A stretch of 64,000 nt of DNA, taken from assembly GCA_000165425.1 (NCBI GenBank), contig CT868252.1:310001-374000 (forward strand), written 5' to 3'. The notes under the pieces are model-generated. The model saw nothing but the letters and a program-made list of their open reading frames with translations. It did no database searches and was not told the origin of the DNA. This document shows, one piece after another, positions 28,308 through 41,190 of this stretch. Position 1 is the first letter of the stretch; every line of letters begins with the position of its first letter. Made by a program: the position numbers and the translations under genes. This DNA is from Paramecium tetraurelia (Eukaryota).

Positions 28308-31300
28308 ATGGATTATAACTTCCTAAAAATCATGGTAACATAAATTAATAATCACTTTTTTGAGTGATGTAGTCCAAGCTTATAAATCCCTCGACAAAGA
28401 AAGTGGAAATTTCAATTCGAAAATTGAGCTTACTAATTATAATTAATAACTACTTATGATAAATAATAGAGTTTGTTAGTTAAATTTTCATGCTTCAAAA
28501 AGTTAGGCTTTATCAATTCCAAATATCTATCTAGCCCCAGGTGAATATAATATTTATTAACATACGGATGTTAATAAAATCATCATAATTATGTTACTCA
28601 CTATTATGAAAAAAATTTATGGTAGATTAAACCAAAGTTACTCGACATTTCAATGAAAAACACTGTGGGTTAAAAATTCATTTTTAATTAACCGTAAATA
28701 TGCCAAGATTGGAAGTAGATTACTTTACTTAAATCAATACTAATAGACCTTAAGTAGACCTTAAGAGTAATTAAAAAATAATTAAAGGAAATATCAAAGT
28801 ATCCAATCACTTTACTTAATACCATTACAATGTTTCATGATGAATTCAAAGTCGAATTAATATTCCTAGTTGATATAATATACATTTATATGTAATTAAG
28901 AAATTTTCATTAATAGAATTTACAAATTGTCATTAATCAACGAAAATTTGTATTTCCATGCTTTAATAATGAAAATTGATATTTTAATATCATTATTATT
29001 TATTAATTATACTAATGATGTTTGCGTTGTCAAAGTACAATGAGACTTTGAATTTGCAAAGCATAGTCTAAAATCAAAAAAATAACCTATTTTCTTCAGA
29101 ATAGGTCTTTGAACATATTATAAGTTAATTCCTTACAAAATTGAAAAAGTCAAATGATAGAATATTGGCTATCGAGTATCTCATTTCAAATTTTCCAAAC
29201 AATAATTACTTTATCAATTACAAAGAACAATTAGATGGAAAACTGATTGGTAAAAAATGGTAGAAATTCAATGATCATGGATTATAGAAAAACTTTGAAT
29301 ATTTTGTTAAAAGAAAAAAATTGCATGATGTACATTAAAGTTTTGATTGGAAAAGGCTAAATTAGCTTCTAGAAGATAAAGAATTTGTATTAGCTTGTGG
29401 ATTCCCCACTTCTTTAGATAAAAGAAAACATATTTTCGAGAAGCTACAACATCATGGTTTCAGAATAATAGATTTAATGAGGCAATGTAAATAGAAAACA
29501 TTTTAATTAAATTCTATTATATTAAAAAATTTGATATTCTTTTTCTTTATACCTTAAGAATTGGAAATAAGTCATTTGGAATAATAAGAATTATTTTAAA
29601 TATTAGGAGAAATTTTAAGCTAATTTTGGATTTAATTTGAATATCATTATTAATAACTACAAAGTTTAACTTAAAACTTAGACAATGACTCTAGTGCAAG
29701 TCAGTTAAAAAATCTAAAAGACTTGTTAGATTTTATAAAGCAAGGTTCAAATGTATAATATAATTCAATATAATAATTAGTTAAGATTATATTACAGAAA
29801 AATCATATACATTCCTTAAATTTAACTAATATTGAGATTTTGATTGACAAATTATTACCAATTGATTTTGATCTTTAACATATTTTCTATATGATGTGCT
29901 TCTATTGTTTCCAAAAATTTGCTCAATATTATTCAACATAGTTGGATTTGCAAAATCCAAATGTAAAATTTATTAACATTAAATAATACCTCTAAAGAAT
30001 AATGAGCCCAAATGATCAACTTAATTAAAACTTAATGCTTTAGTTATAAGAATATAAAGATAGGCAAATTTAACTGATCACCTAATAGAAGATATGTCTA
30101 AATTAGTCTATTAAAGATTTGTTACAATAGATTACTAAAAAAAACTGGTATGAACTGATTAAAAAATTGCATGTCATAAACTTGAATTCATATACATAAT
30201 AAAATGCAAAATTTTTTAATTTGCTGACAAATATAAGTTCTGAAAAGATATACGAAGTAGCAAAACTATTAGAAACGCTTATTATGGAGGATAGTTTAAT
30301 TAAAGTTGTTTTGATATTAGAATAATAAAAATAAAATTTTTATCCTCAAGAATTAGAAAGTATTCTTAGAATTGTTTTAGAAAATTCATATCAAAGCATA
30401 ATTAATTTTTAACTACTTTATTCTGTTTTATCTTAAGATAGGAGTCAAACTGAGAAAGAAAATATTCTAAAAGTGGCTGAATACGATGAAAATTTACCAC
30501 TTGAATAAAAAATTTAAATGCTTTCCAATTTTTCTTATGATCAGTTGAAATTGGTTTTTAATTAAGATGTGCTCATCAATACTTTAATAGAATCATATTT
30601 ATAAAATTTAACTTAAAATCATTTCTCACTCCTTTGAAGTTTTAAAAAGATTGTTTTAAATAAACTAACAGTTAGAATAGGAGAATTAATACACCAATTT
30701 TTTCTCTCCTCTTTTTTAATACTTGTAAATTGATTAAATACATCTATTAATATATCAAAGAAATTTAGATCAGATTTCTTTAGATGATTATATTACAACT
30801 ATAACAATATTATATAAGGTTTTCAGGTAATCGTAAGGATAAAATCAACAGAAAAATTTTAAGAAAGCCATAGAAAGTCTTTCAATATTTCCATCAATCT
30901 ATTGTTTCAATCATTTTCTTGAATTATTTTTAAGTGAAAGTAGTTTGGAATAAATAATAAATATTTTTAAATTAGTTTACCTTTGGTAAAATAAATTAAT
31001 ATAAAAATTACAGATTGATGCTGAATTGTTTTGCAAATAAAATCCCAATATGTATAGTGAAAAATTCTCAAAAATTAACTATTTTGGCATAGATTAATTA
31101 GAAGTTACAAAGCTACAATAAAAAATTATGAGTGATATTTATCCAAGATCTCTAAACATATCTTTAGAAGATTTTAATATTTCATTGACTTTGTTAAATA
31201 AGCAATAATAGGAAGAATTGGTGAAGAATTGGATTCAAAAGGTTAAAGACCCTGAAGCTTTTAAATAATTAATACCATTCTTCTTTAATATTATAAAAAG

Positions 31301-33690
31301 AGGAGAACCATCATCTGAATTCTTAACTATTATTAATGAGTAAATAATAAAGGAAGAGGAATTAAGAACCAAATATGGTTGTTTTAATTAAAAGTCCATA
31401 TTTTAAATATTTTATAATAATGCTGATGAGGAATTGAAAGTGATGCTACTAAAACTTATTAGTAAACAATATCCGATTCCATTACTATACAGAACTTCTT
31501 ACGATACAAAAGATGGAGAATATGACAAACTAACATTTAATTTTAATACATTCTATGTATTTGAGGAAAACTATTCTATTATTAATTTAAGTTTGGCCAA
31601 CTAACATAAAAGTATAGGAAAAACAGAATTAATTAATAAAATATTTTATAAACAATATAAATTTGAAATATCAGACAACAATTATTTGAATAAGCAAACA
31701 ATAGATATTATGTATGATTTTGAATTTAATGGATCAAGAAATTTATCAGTTGCAGACGCACATGGTTTTATCCCTTATGAAATTTTAGATGATATCCTAC
31801 CTCTATTTAGGATGTGGATTATTTAATTAGATACTGAGAGAGAAATTAAAGAAACAATATAAAATTTATAAAAGTTGAAATCTTTTAAAAATAAATAAAA
31901 TGTTATTTGTTTTTTAATTCGAAATTCAATAAGGGATTTAGATGAGAAAGAAACTGCAGAATTATAATATCTTAATATTTAATTTAAGCAAATAATTGAT
32001 TTATCAGATAATGATCTAAATAATTAAATGAAATAAGCTGAAATTGCATAAGCATCATAATTTTTATTTGATTTAATCAATAAAAATAAATCCTTCACAT
32101 TGAAATAAGAACAATACATGAACTAAATATTTAACATGGTAAGTTGTGTTTAAGATCAAAAAATTCAAATTCAATAAGCTCAAGATCTATTTTAAGATAT
32201 TGGAAAAGAATTGCAAATCTAAATGGAGCATGTGGATGGCTTCTATAATTAGAATGCTTTTCCATTAAGAAGTATTGAATGGTAAATCAAAAAAGAGAAA
32301 GATGAATACTAGAAAGTTTAAAAGAGTCATTAACACAAATAAATTGAAGAAAAACTCGATTAAATAAGTTTAAAAATAAAACAATTGTAAAGTTCAATTA
32401 GTTTATAGAAACCTACATAAATTTTAATTTATTTTTGTAATATTTTTAAAAGACCAAACTACTATATATTATATCTACATTTTGTTGATACAATTTAGAA
32501 AATTTAATGAAAAAAGTACCTAAGAACTATATAGAGAAAATTAGAATCTAAAGGAAGAATTCTTAAAATTAAGAAGAGAATAGAGGAATTTATAATTTCA
32601 AACAAAGAATGGCAATAATAATTATTCATATGAATAAATAAATTAAAAGCAAAAATAAATAGATGAATAAATTGCTTAATTTAAATAGAATTGTGATATC
32701 ATATCAAAAAGAAAAGTTGGAATAGAATTATTTTGGAGAGAAGTCATATCCTAAAGAGAATAATGTTAACAATCGCATATTGATTTTGATCCTTCTAAAG
32801 TTGTTAAGGAAATGATCTCTAAAGCAGAACCTTTCGAATTCTTAAATGGTGATTCCTTAAAAATCGATTTACCATTTCTAAGAAAACTAATATCAAATTT
32901 TAAGGAGCAAGGATAAGAACGAATTTTAATCTTAAGTGTTTTAGGTCCACAAAGTGTTGGCAAATCAACATTATTAAACAAAATGTTTGGATGCCATTTT
33001 TGGACAAGTCTAAACGGATGCACTAAAGGAATATAATTTTAACTATTGAAAGTACATAACAAAGCATAATTTAATAATTTATTTGACTACATTATTATAT
33101 TGGATACTGAAGGTCTTTAGAGCCCAAACTAAGAGGATTCGGAATTTGATATAAAAATAGCACTTTTTGTATCATCAATAAGCGATATTATTCTTGTAAA
33201 CGTTAAAGGAGATATAACAATAGGATTTAGATAATTAGTTGAAATGTTCATATATAATCTAGGATAAATGAAAAGTTTTACAAGTAAAAAATCAATTACT
33301 TGGTGTTTTAATTAAAATAATCATGTCAATGATCGCGATCCTTTTTTAGCCTAGTTATAGTCAATAGCTACAAATTTAAATAACGAATTAAGCAATTAAA
33401 TTTAGGAGAATGAATAAATAGATTATAATGAAATTCTTGGAATTACTGAAGACAATGTTAAGATATTAGGGTTTGCATCAAATGAAAAGTTATGGAAAAA
33501 AAATGATAGTGAAGGGGTGTATGCAGATTGGCGCCAGTTAATTCTAAATGGCACGTTCTCTTCAGAAGCTTATGAATAAGGAATTCGAATAATTCAAGCA
33601 TATGTAAATTAGATTGGAATAAATTAATTGAAAAATCTAAATTAATTCATATAAGATTGTGAAACAAGTTGTTCAATTTTAACTTGATTA
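28308..33690 (+). pseudogene. Very large inducible GTPase (VLIG/GVIN/URGCP-type) gene, disrupted and 3'-truncated
   Basis: VGIELFWREVI, EPFEFLNGDSLKI, ILSVLGPQSVGKSTLLNKMFG (G1 at 32944), CTKG, IILDTEGLQS (33103), FDIKIALF..SDIILVNVKGD. In-frame TGA at 30635, frameshifts near 28360 and 32494; the frame dies at about 33690. Confidence 0.8.
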
Positions 33691-34285
33691 TTATTTTTTA
33701 GAATTTAAATGTAATTGCTATATATCATCTCAATATTGTTATGCCAATTTAATCTATTATTTTTTTACTCAAGCTTTAAATTGAGAATCAAGGATAAATA
33801 TTTGATATTCTAATTCAAAGTATTTAATTTGCATAGTTCTAACAGAAAACTCACTTAATATGAATTATAACTTTGGCATATTTCTGAAAAATTTTTGAAC
33901 GAGAAAATTAATAAAGTAGACATTCAATCTATATTTAACAATAAATTGTAATAAGATTTTTAAATTACATATTGAGAAGTGGATACAATCACAAAATATT
34001 TAAATAATAATTTCATTTTCCTCTATACTAAATGGATTATATATCATAGTTTTAAAACATTGATAAAGCTCAGTAATAATTATTTAAGATAGTTTTAAGT
34101 TGAGAATAGGATAGATTTTCTTCCAAATCTAATATATCATTTTTTAATTAAAATTCAATCATATATTTTCTTAATTTAAAATTCCCTCTATTAATTATAA
34201 ACTTAAGCTTATCAAATGTCTTAAAATGAATCACTTTTGTTTGTATTAAGTAAAAATAATTAATAATTTATATATAAAAACGGAA

Positions 34286-34617
34286 ATGAGATTATTATTA
34301 GTTCTTCTATTGATTGGAATAATATCAGCAATAATGGCTCCTCCTATCACAAACAATGATAAGAAATGGGTTAGATCAACAGCTGAGAATGATTCATGTC
34401 ATAAAGATTGCAAAAATTCAGATGGTCATGTTTGTGCAGGATTACATAAATAATAATGTTGTTAGAAGCATTGGTGTATTAAAGATGAAAAATTGCATGA
34501 TGTATGGAATTGCAGAAGTGGATTGTAAAAATTAATATTCAAATTAGTGAAATTCATGTTGATTCATGTAATTCATTCCCAAAAAGAGATGCTGGATTCT
34601 TATAAGAAGACGATTGA
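34286..34617 (+). CDS. Small secreted cysteine-rich peptide precursor (102 aa, 8 Cys)
   Basis: Signal-peptide-like MRLLLVLLLIGIISA; removing the 23-nt intron 34525-34547 gives a clean 103-codon frame ending in TGA. Confidence 0.85.
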
Positions 34618-34734
34618 GACCAAATATAAATTTATTAATTATTATCATTCTTTCCTTTTTCACAAATTTTAATATCATTCTATTTATTTTTATATAATAT
34701 TTTCTTTAAAATCTTTTTAGCAATTGACTTAATA

Positions 34735-35760
34735 TCATTTCGATTTTGTATTCAAAAACTCCACTTTAACAGTGAAGCCATTAGGAGGACATAGAATATT
34801 CTATAATTAATATTAATATATCAATTGATGATTTAATTTATTTAATAATATTAACTACTTGGATATATATCTGAGAGTTATTGAAAAGATCATCTTAAAG
34901 TTGATAATCTCTACTTTTCTATTCTTTAAGTAATAATATGGTCCTTCTATGTTTGCAAATAATATACCGGAATATTGAAAAATATCCTTCAAACTGAATT
35001 CCTAAAATCCTCTATCAATTTAAGCTTAGAACTAATCCTAAATCTTTATTATATAACATTTTAGTGCTACTCTACATTTTAATTCCTTAATGTCCATCTA
35101 GAGAGTTACTTCTACAAAAAAAAAAGCAAAACTTGTTTCTTAGGATCCACATTCTATTGTGACCTTGGATTCTTGATTTAAATTTTCCCTTGTCCTAGAA
35201 TGTGTAATTCAAAAGTCTTCTTCTCTACTGTAAATTTGAATAAACTCATATGGTTTGAAAACTCTAAAGCGCTTATAAATAAATATAAATTTGTTTTAAT
35301 AAGGAGCTTTTGATTCACCCAAAAGTAGAATCAAAGAAACACATAAATATTTTCCTTTATTAAAATTAAAGATTATCTTTGAAGCCATTCTACCAAACTT
35401 AACCTATCTCTAATATTGATTTATATCTAGTTTTTTCTAATAGATTTTCCCCAAAAAAATACAATAACATAAATTCAGATTTTAACTAAGAATGATAAAG
35501 AGAATTTTATTTATTCAAATGTTAGAAACCAAATTTCGTATTATTTAATTGAAATGATTAAAAATAATAAATAAATTAATTTTTCTTTTTGGATAATTCA
35601 TCTAAAATTTCCTACACTTTTGAGCAGCTGACTATAAATATATACTCAGTTAAAAACTTAACTTGGAAAAAAAAAGTTCTCCAATACTAAATGTGCTTAT
35701 GATAATAGGACTTTAAAATGGTTGAGTAATTTTCAATTTTTATAATTGTATAATGATAGC
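34735..35760 (-). pseudogene. Decayed gene of unknown family
   Basis: Minus-strand coding-like pieces (QYSGILFANIEGPYYYLKNRKVEII; NILCPPNGFTVKVEFL) separated by TGA stops and shifts. Confidence 0.4.
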
Positions 35761-35854
35761 TGATATTCTAATTTAGATTATATAATTTTTGAATAACTAT
35801 AACCTTTAAATTCATTGTTAATTAAAATATTTATAACATAATCGTCAATTGAAA

Positions 35855-36906
35855 ATGGGTACTTGCGGTGGAATATGTGGACAGAGCAATCCTGAGAATA
35901 CGATTGTAAAAATTTAATAAACCAATATGGGGGATGTAGATAATTAAATTGAGATGGGATTATAAATGGCAGATGAAGGTGTTTTAATAACAAATTAATA
36001 AAGAGTTCAGGAAGTGTAGAATTAAACAAATTTAAATCATGAAAATCAATTAGACGAGACTTAAAAGAGACATTCTTTCAATTTTGATGAAATTAAAACT
36101 TAAATATTATAGATGTCAGTTCTCGACAAATTTGAACCTGTTACTTTAGAATCTGGGGCCATTTTTATCGGATAATGGTAGAATGAACAGAGGCATGGTT
36201 GGGGGAAATAGCTATGGCCAGATCAATCAGTGTATGAGGGAGAATGGGTTAATGACAAGGCTTGCGGAAAAGGGAAACTGATTCATGCTGATGGAGATGT
36301 GTATGAAGGGGAATGGGTTAATGACAAAGCTAATGGATTAGGCAGATATTGTCATTTGAATGGAGCAATATATGAAGGAGAGTGGAAGGATGATAAATAA
36401 CACGGTTATGGAGAGGAGCAATGGCCAGATGGTTCAAAATATAAAGGATAATATGAAGATGGTAAGAAACATGGTAAAGGGAAATTATAATTTGCCGATG
36501 GATCATTTTACAATGGAGAATTCAATCAGAATGAAATACATGGGAAAGGTAGTTTATTATAGGTTATATAAGGTCGATATGTTTGGGCAGATAAAAGGGA
36601 GTATGAAGGAGAATGGAATAACAATAAAATGCACGGGATTGGAATAACGAAATGGCCAGATGGGAAAATATATGATGGGGAGTAAATAATTGGATATAAT
36701 TTGTTACTAGATATAAGAATGACAAGAAAGAAGGTTAAGGCTCCTTCTTTTGGCCAGATGGGAGAAAGTACATAGGGTAATGGTTGGATGGCAAACAACA
36801 TGGGAGAGGAACCTTTACAAAAGTAGATGGAGAAAGTCGTCAAGGAGAATGGGTGGATGGAAAAAGAATCAGATGGTTAGAGGTTGAGGAACAATAATCA
36901 GATTGA
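35855..36906 (+). CDS. MORN-repeat protein with N-terminal MGTCGGIC acylation motif
   Basis: Repeated YEGEWxNDKxxGxG units; two introns; TGA at 36904-36906. Confidence 0.92.
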
Positions 36907-36979
36907 AATATTTTCTCAAATATATTATAAGGTTATTTCGTTAGACTAATATTTATACTAGAATTATATTAAGAATAAT

Positions 36980-37809
36980 ATGTCCTAAGGAAATTAAGAT
37001 CCACAACTTTAAGCCGAACAAATTGATATCATTCGAAAGAAACCGAGTCTTAAGTTTCAGCCTGTGGAGAATTATCCAAAAGACTAGTATTTCTTATTTT
37101 ATTTTCTAAACTCTAATTAGAATTGAAATCTAGAGTGTTAAAAACAATAAGTTAGAACCTATTTTTTTCCAAGACCCTAGAGTGGAAGATAAACATTGCC
37201 TATTAGAAATTATAGTGGTTAAATAGATAGAATCCAAACAATTGGCCAAATCGTAAACTCGATATTTATTTGATATTATTTAGAATTCATTCGTCTCATT
37301 AACTGGGAGGAGTGTTTTTATTTATAGTAACTGCAATCAAACTACTCGGCTTAAATAAATTTACTACTATCTCATTTACAATAGCCATTTTGATCATAAT
37401 ATCGTAACAAATAAATATTTTACAATGAGTTCTCTACTTTGGATTTTAAGTGTCGCCATTGGGACGATTGGAATCAGAAGACAAAAATATAATCCTCTTA
37501 TATTCTATTTTCTGGGAATATTTGTGTCATTTACTATTGAGTTTTCGAGTACTATTGTTATTTTGGCAACAAATCACATTGCTGATCATTAATTAGGGAT
37601 TTATAACAAAAATGGACTAGTCAGGTTATAATGATAATCGTATATCTCATAGGATAATTATTTTTATGACACTTGAGTTTATGGTACTTCTCTTTTAGAT
37701 CATGATGCTTAGGTCAGTAAGATAAATAAGACAATTATTTATTGACATCGAGAGATTGTAAATAGAGAATCAAAGTAATAATTAAATCGAAATTGAAAAA
37801 ATGTTATGA
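36980..37809 (+). CDS. Hypothetical multi-pass membrane protein
   Basis: ATG 36980, three tiny introns, about four hydrophobic segments (LTGRSVFIYSNC, IFYNEFSTLDFSVAIGTIGI, YILFSGNICVIYY, IIIFMTLEFMVLLF); internal frame not fully verified. Confidence 0.6.
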
Positions 37810-37903
37810 TATTTAATCCATTCTTTATTTTCAATCCAATTTAATCAATAATCATTTATTTTCCTGATTCATCTTTTTTAATATTAATTTATAGTTTTAA
37901 TTT

Positions 37904-39393
37904 ATGGGTAAAAAAATTAAAAAGGGAAAGGAAGGACCAGTCAAAGAATATGTATCCAGAACCAAAGCTCTCAAAAAACTATAAGTCAATCTAAAGGATT
38001 TCAGAAGACTTTGCATCTTAAAAGGAATTTACCCAAGAGAACCACCTCAAAAATTGAGAAAATAACATAAAACCTATTACCATAATAAGGATATTGCTTT
38101 CCTTAAAAATGAGTCCATACTCGATACATTCAGACAAAGACAGGCTCATTTAAAAAAAATAAGAAAAGCATTAACAAGAGGTGATAAACTGAAGGCTGGT
38201 AGATTACGAAGAAATTAACCAAAAGATAAATTAGATCATTTGGTCAAAGAAAGGTATCCAACCTTTATTGATGCTTTAAATGATCTTGATGATCCATTAT
38301 GCTTAGTAAGTCTGTTTGCTTCATTCCCTACTCACAAAGAACTCCACATTCCTAACACATTAATAAGAAGCTGCTAAAAATTGATCAATCAATTTTTCTT
38401 ATATGTGTCAGCTCATAACTGTTTGAGAAAAGTATGATTCCCTACTATATCACTTAGGTTTTCCTCTCTATCAAGGGTATCTATTACCAAGCTGTAGTCT
38501 AAGGAGCCACAATAACTTGGATAATGCCATACCCCATTCAAGCCTCTTTGCCATTGGATGTTGATTATAAAATAATGATGACCTTCCTTGAATTCTATTA
38601 AGTTTTGATGAAATTCGTCAACTTTAAGCTTCTTGGTTAAGAAATCGAAATTACTGATTTTAGCGAAGAAGTTATGAAATTGAAATCACTTGCATAAAAC
38701 AATTAGTATTGTTATTAATTAATATTAGAATTGAGATCGATGAAGCATTTAAAGAGGATCCAACAATACAATAAATGGATTAATAATAATAGGAAACAAA
38801 AAAATATTCGGAATTATTCAAAGGATTAACATTTTTCCTGTTTCCAGAAGTACCCAAATCCTCTTTGGAATTTGTAATATTGAGTTTTGGAGGAGAAGTT
38901 ATGTGGGAGAATGACAACAAAAATTCATAATTGACTGATCCAAAGATTACACATGTGATAACTGAAAGAACAGTTTAAAAGAACAAAAAGAGAGAATACA
39001 TATAACCATAATGGGTTTACGATTCCATTAACTAATTAAAACTATTGAGTGTAGCTGATTATGCTCCAGAGTCAGTAAGATTTATAAATATTATTTTAGA
39101 CTCTCCCTCCTCATTTAAGTCCATTTGAATAATTGAATCTAGAGGAAGTACAATCTGAAAGCGATGAAGAAGATGGACAATAGAAGGAACATAAACCATA
39201 CTAGAATAATAAAAAACAAAAGGAGAAATAGGCTAAACAATAAGAAAAAGAGACCAAGAAGTTAGCTGAAACAATGTTGAGCAGAAAAAATAAGAGATTA
39301 TACGATATGATTAAGAGAAAGGAGGACGAAGAATAATAAAAGAAAAACAAATTGTAAGAAAAGAAGAAAATGATACAAAGTAAGTAATAATGA
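37904..39393 (+). CDS. PES1: Pescadillo / Nop7 ribosome biogenesis factor with BRCT domain
   Basis: [99 protein letters not shown]. Confidence 0.96.
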
Positions 39394-39458
39394 ATTATAA
39401 ATATTTAATGTTTATAAAATTACAAATTAAAATAAATTGTTTTTGTATAATTAATAAA

Positions 39459-40606
39459 ATGGACCAGGAACTATTGTTTTGGGAAAGGTTTCTACATAAT
39501 TAAAATGAGGTAAGTTGGGATGAATTTAGTGCTTCTTTTACATAATTTGTCAAAATATTAGAAGAAATAGAATTGGACAATGATTAGTTACTTTTCATTA
39601 AATGTAAAATAGATCCAGATTATAGAAATATAATAAAGAGAGCAGATTATGTAATATTCGTTGAAACAGTATTACAATAATATATACCTCTTAGTATTGG
39701 AAATCTAAGAAAGAGAGATTAAACTTATTTCAAAACTTGTTTACTTTATAAACATTTTCTATACCAAAATAAACATTAAAGCATATTAATCTAAAGGTTA
39801 TATATATAGCAGATGGCTGTCCTACTTAATTTAAGGATATTCAAATAACAAGAACAACTTAGAATAAAATACCTTTGAAATAGGAAGAACTCTTCACTCT
39901 CGGTTATACAAAAGAATGCGATCTCTAAATCATTAATGATAGACAAGTGAATCCTATACATTTGAAGATAATTTGGACTCCATACAATGTGTTTTTAATT
40001 AGAGACACATCAAGATCATTTCGAACTTGCTAGCGTATACATTAACAACTTATACTTGATGCCCTAATGGTTATTAGGCTTAACCAAAATACTTTTTTTA
40101 AAATCAAATTCATCTAACCTATGCCTAAAATTACTACGCAAATCTCAACATATGAAGATAATAGGAACCCTTCCATTATAGATTTAGTTAAATCTCTTGA
40201 GTTATTTAAATCTGTCAAAGATTACAGAGAGAAATTCAGGTTACCCAATTATAATGAAGATACTCCTATATTGGTCGTTGAATTTATAGAAGGAGTCCTT
40301 AAAGGGAAGGAATTCCTATTAAAATCAGAGTAGGAATATATGTTAGGATCAGGTAAAAATTGCTCAATAGTTATTCCTGATTCTAGTTTGTAAAGGGAAC
40401 ATTGCAAGATATTATTTAAAAATAGCTAGTGGTTGATTCAACCAAATGAATCCTAATATTTAGATCCAACACAATATGGTACTTTTGCCTTACTTGCTAA
40501 TCAATACCAATATGATTAGTACATGCCAAGCAAATGCCATGTGTTACATGATGGAATGAGAATAGTAGTGGGACCTATTCTATTTTAAGTTCAATATTTC
40601 AGTTGA
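39459..40606 (+). CDS. Protein with EF-hand-like N-terminus and two degenerate FHA domains
   Basis: FTLGYTKECDLQIINDRQVNPIHLKI..FLIRDTSRSFRT and EFIEGVLKGKEF..YMLGSGKNCSIVIPDSSLQREHCKI..YGTF..LHDGMRIVVG; one intron near 39797-39808 region. Confidence 0.7.
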
Positions 40607-40908
40607 TTATTATTTTATTTTTGGATATATATGTAAAAATAAACGCTGCTAAATTCAATAATAATCTTTTTTCGTTAAATAAGACTTTAGGGCTTATTTA
40701 GAGTTTAAACTTGATGATAATAGGGTTTTTATGTATAATTGAAGAACGATTTCAAGAAATCCATTCAAATATGAAGGTGATATTATTATTTTTTTGGGAT
40801 AGAAAGTGATATAATGAATGAATGGTCTAAGTTTTAAGAGAAATAAATGAATATATTTATTAGTTATATTGTTTCAATATTTGCACAAAAAAAAAATTGT
40901 TTATTAAT

Positions 40909-41178
40909 TCAAAACATTTCGTATTTCCATTATTGATAAACTTTATATTGCGGATATGGTTTGGTTTTGCAGCAGCCATGCAATAGAATAAGAAGAAATA
41001 GCACAAAATAGATCTAAATTTATATAGTTAATGTTACTATGGATGAAGTATATAAAGCATTTTGTGTGGTTTGTCTATCAAGCATCTTGAACTTCAAAAA
41101 GGGCATTTGAATTTGAACCAAATATCCAAGAAAACCCAAAAAAACAGTTCCAAAGAGAGCGATGGAAGCACAAAACAT
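40909..41178 (-). CDS. 81-aa two-TM micro-protein, RNASEK / V-ATPase subunit f-like
   Basis: MFCASIALFGTVFLGFLGYLVQIQMPFLKFKMLDRQTTQNALYTSSI|IYFVLFLLILLHGCCKTKPYPQYKVYQQWKYEMF*, with canonical GTA..TAG intron 41014-41037. Family call is by resemblance only. Confidence 0.65.
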
Positions 41179-41190
41179 AATTAATTAAAA

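Noticed and set aside
36226..36330. Direct DNA repeat GTGTATGA.GG.GAATGGGTTAATGACAA at 69-nt spacing, CRISPR-like
   Set aside because: It is the coding sequence of consecutive 23-aa MORN repeats.
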